Positions 60,418 through 64,000 of a DNA stretch of 64,000 bases are shown here, one piece after another. The position numbers and the translations under genes are program-made. The notes under the pieces were generated by a model. The model did no database searches. It was not told the origin of the DNA and saw nothing but the letters and a program-made list of their open reading frames with translations. Location: contig NIVC01000012.1 of the NCBI GenBank assembly GCA_002269645.1, positions 248,001 to 312,000 of the forward strand. The letters are read 5' to 3'. Within the stretch, counting starts at the first letter, position 1, and every line of letters begins with the position of its first letter. This DNA comes from Macrostomum lignano (Eukaryota).

Positions 60418-61239
60418 ATTTTGACTACAAATAGTATTGCTAAAAAAGCATAAAAATCAATCAAATTATCTGCCAAAAGGTTCATTTATGCAATTCAAAG
60501 AACGGCGATTGTGCAGTTTCCCGCTCTAAATTATTTTCACCTTTTTTTGAACTTTTCAACTACTGCTAGTATGGCTAGCTGACCTCCAGCATTGCGGTTC
60601 ATTGTTCCGGTGGGCAAAGTTATGAACAGCATCGTGCTCTGCAACCTAGATGTTACCCATCAAGGACTGGTTGCGCTGGTCCCAGATGTGGACGAAGCCA
60701 TGCTGTGGATGGCGCAGCACTATCTGCTTGCTAATACTAGGTTGTGTGAAGCGTGCGACATTCTTATTGGCAATATCCTCTACTAGATAATGCACTACTA
60801 CCCTATGTAGTGCAAATGTGCGGACGTGAACTTGAACTTGCTTTGAACTTGCATTGTTACACTTGTTTAATATCTAAAAAGTTCGAAAAAAAGGGTGAAA
60901 ATAATTTAGAGCAGGAAACTGCACAATCGCCCAAGGAAGTTTTATTTATATTTACAAAATATACAAAGGTCATTTATTGTTGCATATAGTCGCATACAGT
61001 TTTGGGAATGGATATGCACTCAATTTTTTGGTGTGCATATATAATTATTTAATTTTTGCTTAGGTATGCACTGCATCTAGCATGATCAGGACTATGGCTA
61101 TAACTGCCTAAGCTATATTATATAAGTTACAGAACTTAGAACTCTAAATAAAAAGTTTGAGTCTTAGTAGGCCTAGGAACCTTAAAATGATTTTTACTTA
61201 TCTTTATTTAAGATATTCTATAAAAAAACTTATAAAATG

Positions 61240-61815
61240 TAGAGGTTAGACGGGATCCCGATCCTGATCTTAAAATCTCGGGATCCCAAGGAAAATTGGA
61301 TTCATACATGCGCAACTTTGGGATTCACCCGGCCATTTCTATTGGCAACACACGCATGTAAATCGCTATTGGACAGAACAGTAGTCACGTGACTGCTCTC
61401 AGCCAAAAGCAACTTACATGCGTGTGTTGCCAATAGAAACGGCCGAGTGAATCCCAAGGTTGCGCCCAAGCATGATTGGATTCCTGTAGGACTAGAATCC
61501 TAACCCTAAAAAACACGAGAAACGGGAACAGGTCTTTTGACTAAAAATTTATACTCGTAGAATTAGTGATTACTTGAATGTATTTTGTTTTACCTTGTAC
61601 TCATTACATTATTAATTTGTTGGTTACAAAACTTTGCATCAACCATCAATTTTGTTGTATTTTACTTTTTGATCTTGATATTTTTAGCTCAATTTTATTT
61701 AACTTTATATGGACCTACAAGCTACAATACACTAAAAGACCTGATCCCAATCCTGAGAAAAAAATTATTCCTAATCCCGATCCTGCCCGAAGATTTCAAT
61801 CCCGTCCAACCTCTA
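61240..61815. mobile_element. Possible hAT-like element with 17-bp TIR TAGAGGTT(A/G)GACGGGAT
   Basis: TIR pair with 1 mismatch; GATCCCG-type subterminal repeats at both ends. No matching TSD found. Confidence 0.5.
61303..61474. mobile_element. 172-bp foldback MITE with the CATACATGCGCAAC left end, TSD ATTGGATT
   Basis: Identical flanking 8-mers; ~60-bp inverted arms around a GTCACGTGAC palindrome; right TIR degenerate. Confidence 0.82.
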
Positions 61816-64000
61816 CTATAATCACCTAAGCCCTAAATGTGTATATCTTGCAATCTGCTTTGCTAGACCTAGGCAACTAAGCAACTTTTTGTTTGAATTT
61901 GTTCTTTAAAATTAAATTCATCATCCATGATATTGTCAAGTCACAAGACCCTCACTTGACACTCACTCATTGAGACTAAAGTCCCTACCTGCATATAACT
62001 TAAGCAACTTCTATCTATAGTAAAACCCTCTAAATAAGCCTAGAACTAAAAAATAAATGAAATTAGGCCAATAGGATTTCGGACCTAAAAATATTTTACT
62101 TATTACAAAAAATTACATTAAGTAAAACATTGACAATTGGCATTGGGGCATTGTAATTTTTTTGTAACTAAGATTAAGAAACAAACACAATGAGTCAATG
62201 ACAATGCCTTAGCTTACATAAAATTAGTTAGACCTACTTAACGCCAAAGTAGCTTATTAAGTTATTAGAGGCTACGGGCTACGGCTTACGGTACGCCGCT
62301 AGATATTGCTAGCTCATTAGATCATAGATTTCTCAACAATATTACATTAGATTTCGTCATTAGACATTCGTTTTTTTTCCTGCAAAAAAAACTTAAAATC
62401 TAATTAACTTAAACTACCGTTCGTTAATTTTATCAATAATGTGTCAATACTATTTGTAATGAAAAGTTTTTTGGTTGCGGAATGCATTCAGTCAGTAAAT
62501 TGTATTTAAATAGTTACTATTTGTTGTTCTTCTAAAACCAGACACTAAATTTAAGTTAACATTTTCTTAGAAATCTTTTGCTGAACGTCGCGACATATCG
62601 CACAGTAAACATTTTTTTTTGTGAATAATAATTCAAAACAATTCATCACGAACACGAAGCAAGGCCAACTGACGAATCTTGGCTACAAAAAAACAATACC
62701 TACATTCTAATGATATTTTTTTACTCATTTTACGAATAAAAAAATTTCTTCTTCACTGTTGTCGTGTTGACTCATTTATAGTTTATGGGCATGGCAAAGG
62801 TTCTTTTATGCAAGTAATATGCGTTTCGTTCAGCATTGGCCGTGTTGTATAATAAAAGTGGCACACCCTTTTTGAAACTGCTCTAAAATGACAAGGATGT
62901 TGTTGCCTAAAAACTATTTTAAGATGGTAGGCCTAGCCTATATTCATATCATTACAACCCTTAGCTTCATTTTAGCTTTAATTTGATCTTTTGATGTTAG
63001 TCTACATACTTATACGAGTATTTATTAAGTAACAAGGCACTTTTTCGTCTGGTAAATTTTGGTGACAGACTTAGGATAAAAGCCTAAGTAGACCTACAGG
63101 CTACATATAAATGATATAGTCAGTATAGTTGCTGAGTTGGGCCAAGATAGACTGAGACATATATTAATTTTATCAGTCTTGGGCACAATTCTGATTAGGG
63201 ATGCCAAAAACTGTCAATTTTGTGGAACTAGTTAACTGGTTTTAAAACCCAGTTTTGGCCAAAACTGGTTTCAAAACTGGTTTACTGATTTTTGCTGCCA
63301 GACCATTCAAAAAAGGTCATTTAGCATGCTCGCTCCATAAAAATATGCTTGAAATTGAGTTTGTATCATATCTTCTTTCTCTAGTATACTCGTCTATCAC
63401 CAAATGAATGGTACATTCAATTTACTATTCATTTTCAACCAGAAATTTTGTTAAGTTTGGTAGTTATTTTCCCATGCAAATGGATAAGACCTAAAGTGGA
63501 ATAATAGGCCTAACTAGAAAAAGTAAATCAGTGCAATAGTACACATGCTTTGCTTTCTCAATTGATTTCATGGTCTCATTATCAATAGAAACTAACTGTT
63601 TAAGGCTATATAAATAATATTATAATGTATTTATTAAAAAATAGAAAATTTACTTTCAAGTTAGAGAAGTTGTCAATAACATATATAGGCCTAGTATACA
63701 CAACACAGACTTATTAGTTGACAGTCAGTTTAAATATTGAATCAAAATCTATTATCTAACCACATAGCAAAATCATATTTATTAATGGCAATAGGTAGTA
63801 CAGTTGATAATTTGATATTAAAATAGATTTATTGTATATTGCTTTGTTTATTTGATCAATATGATTATTAGATTAGGCTCTATTCCTTTTCATAATATAT
63901 ATTTCATCTACAAATTGTGATTCGTGATTAATAATTGATAAATGATGGTTGAATAGATACAAATCTTGCATAGAAATAGTTTGTATTGATTATGACATAC

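Noticed and set aside
63198-63295. TAGGGATGCC-type hAT left end with AAACTGGTT subterminal repeats
   Set aside because: No partner end or TSD was found in the window, so it is too weak to call.

Overview
This is metazoan genomic DNA with spliced genes, not prokaryotic sequence. GC-rich exons, short GT-AG introns and introns packed with simple repeats resemble a free-living flatworm genome such as Macrostomum (inference only). Left part: the first three exons of a hemicentin (VWA domain, - strand) whose first intron is a 9-kb 10-bp satellite, lying head-to-head with a multi-exon LRRC74-like LRR/EF-hand gene (+ strand). Middle: tRNA-derived SINEs, an intronless C-type lectin-PAN gene, and a run of co-directional - strand genes (EIPR1/TSSC1, EAF, SURF1, GTF2H2, VPS26C, ATF4-like bZIP). 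Right ~10 kb: no genes, but five copies of a 14-bp-TIR / 8-bp-TSD DNA-transposon family and CpG-depleted repeat debris. Best leads: (1) an operon-like cluster in which SURF1 has no recognisable initiator ATG and opens at a phase-0 splice acceptor, as expected if a spliced-leader 3' AUG supplies the Met; (2) an ATF4-like gene, with its bZIP split over an intron, carrying the short-uORF1 plus overlapping-uORF2 architecture; (3) two in-frame stops with coding-like continuation in the LRR gene. Most long ORFs in the supplied track are artefacts of tandem repeats. All coordinates were read by hand; repeat boundaries are approximate.
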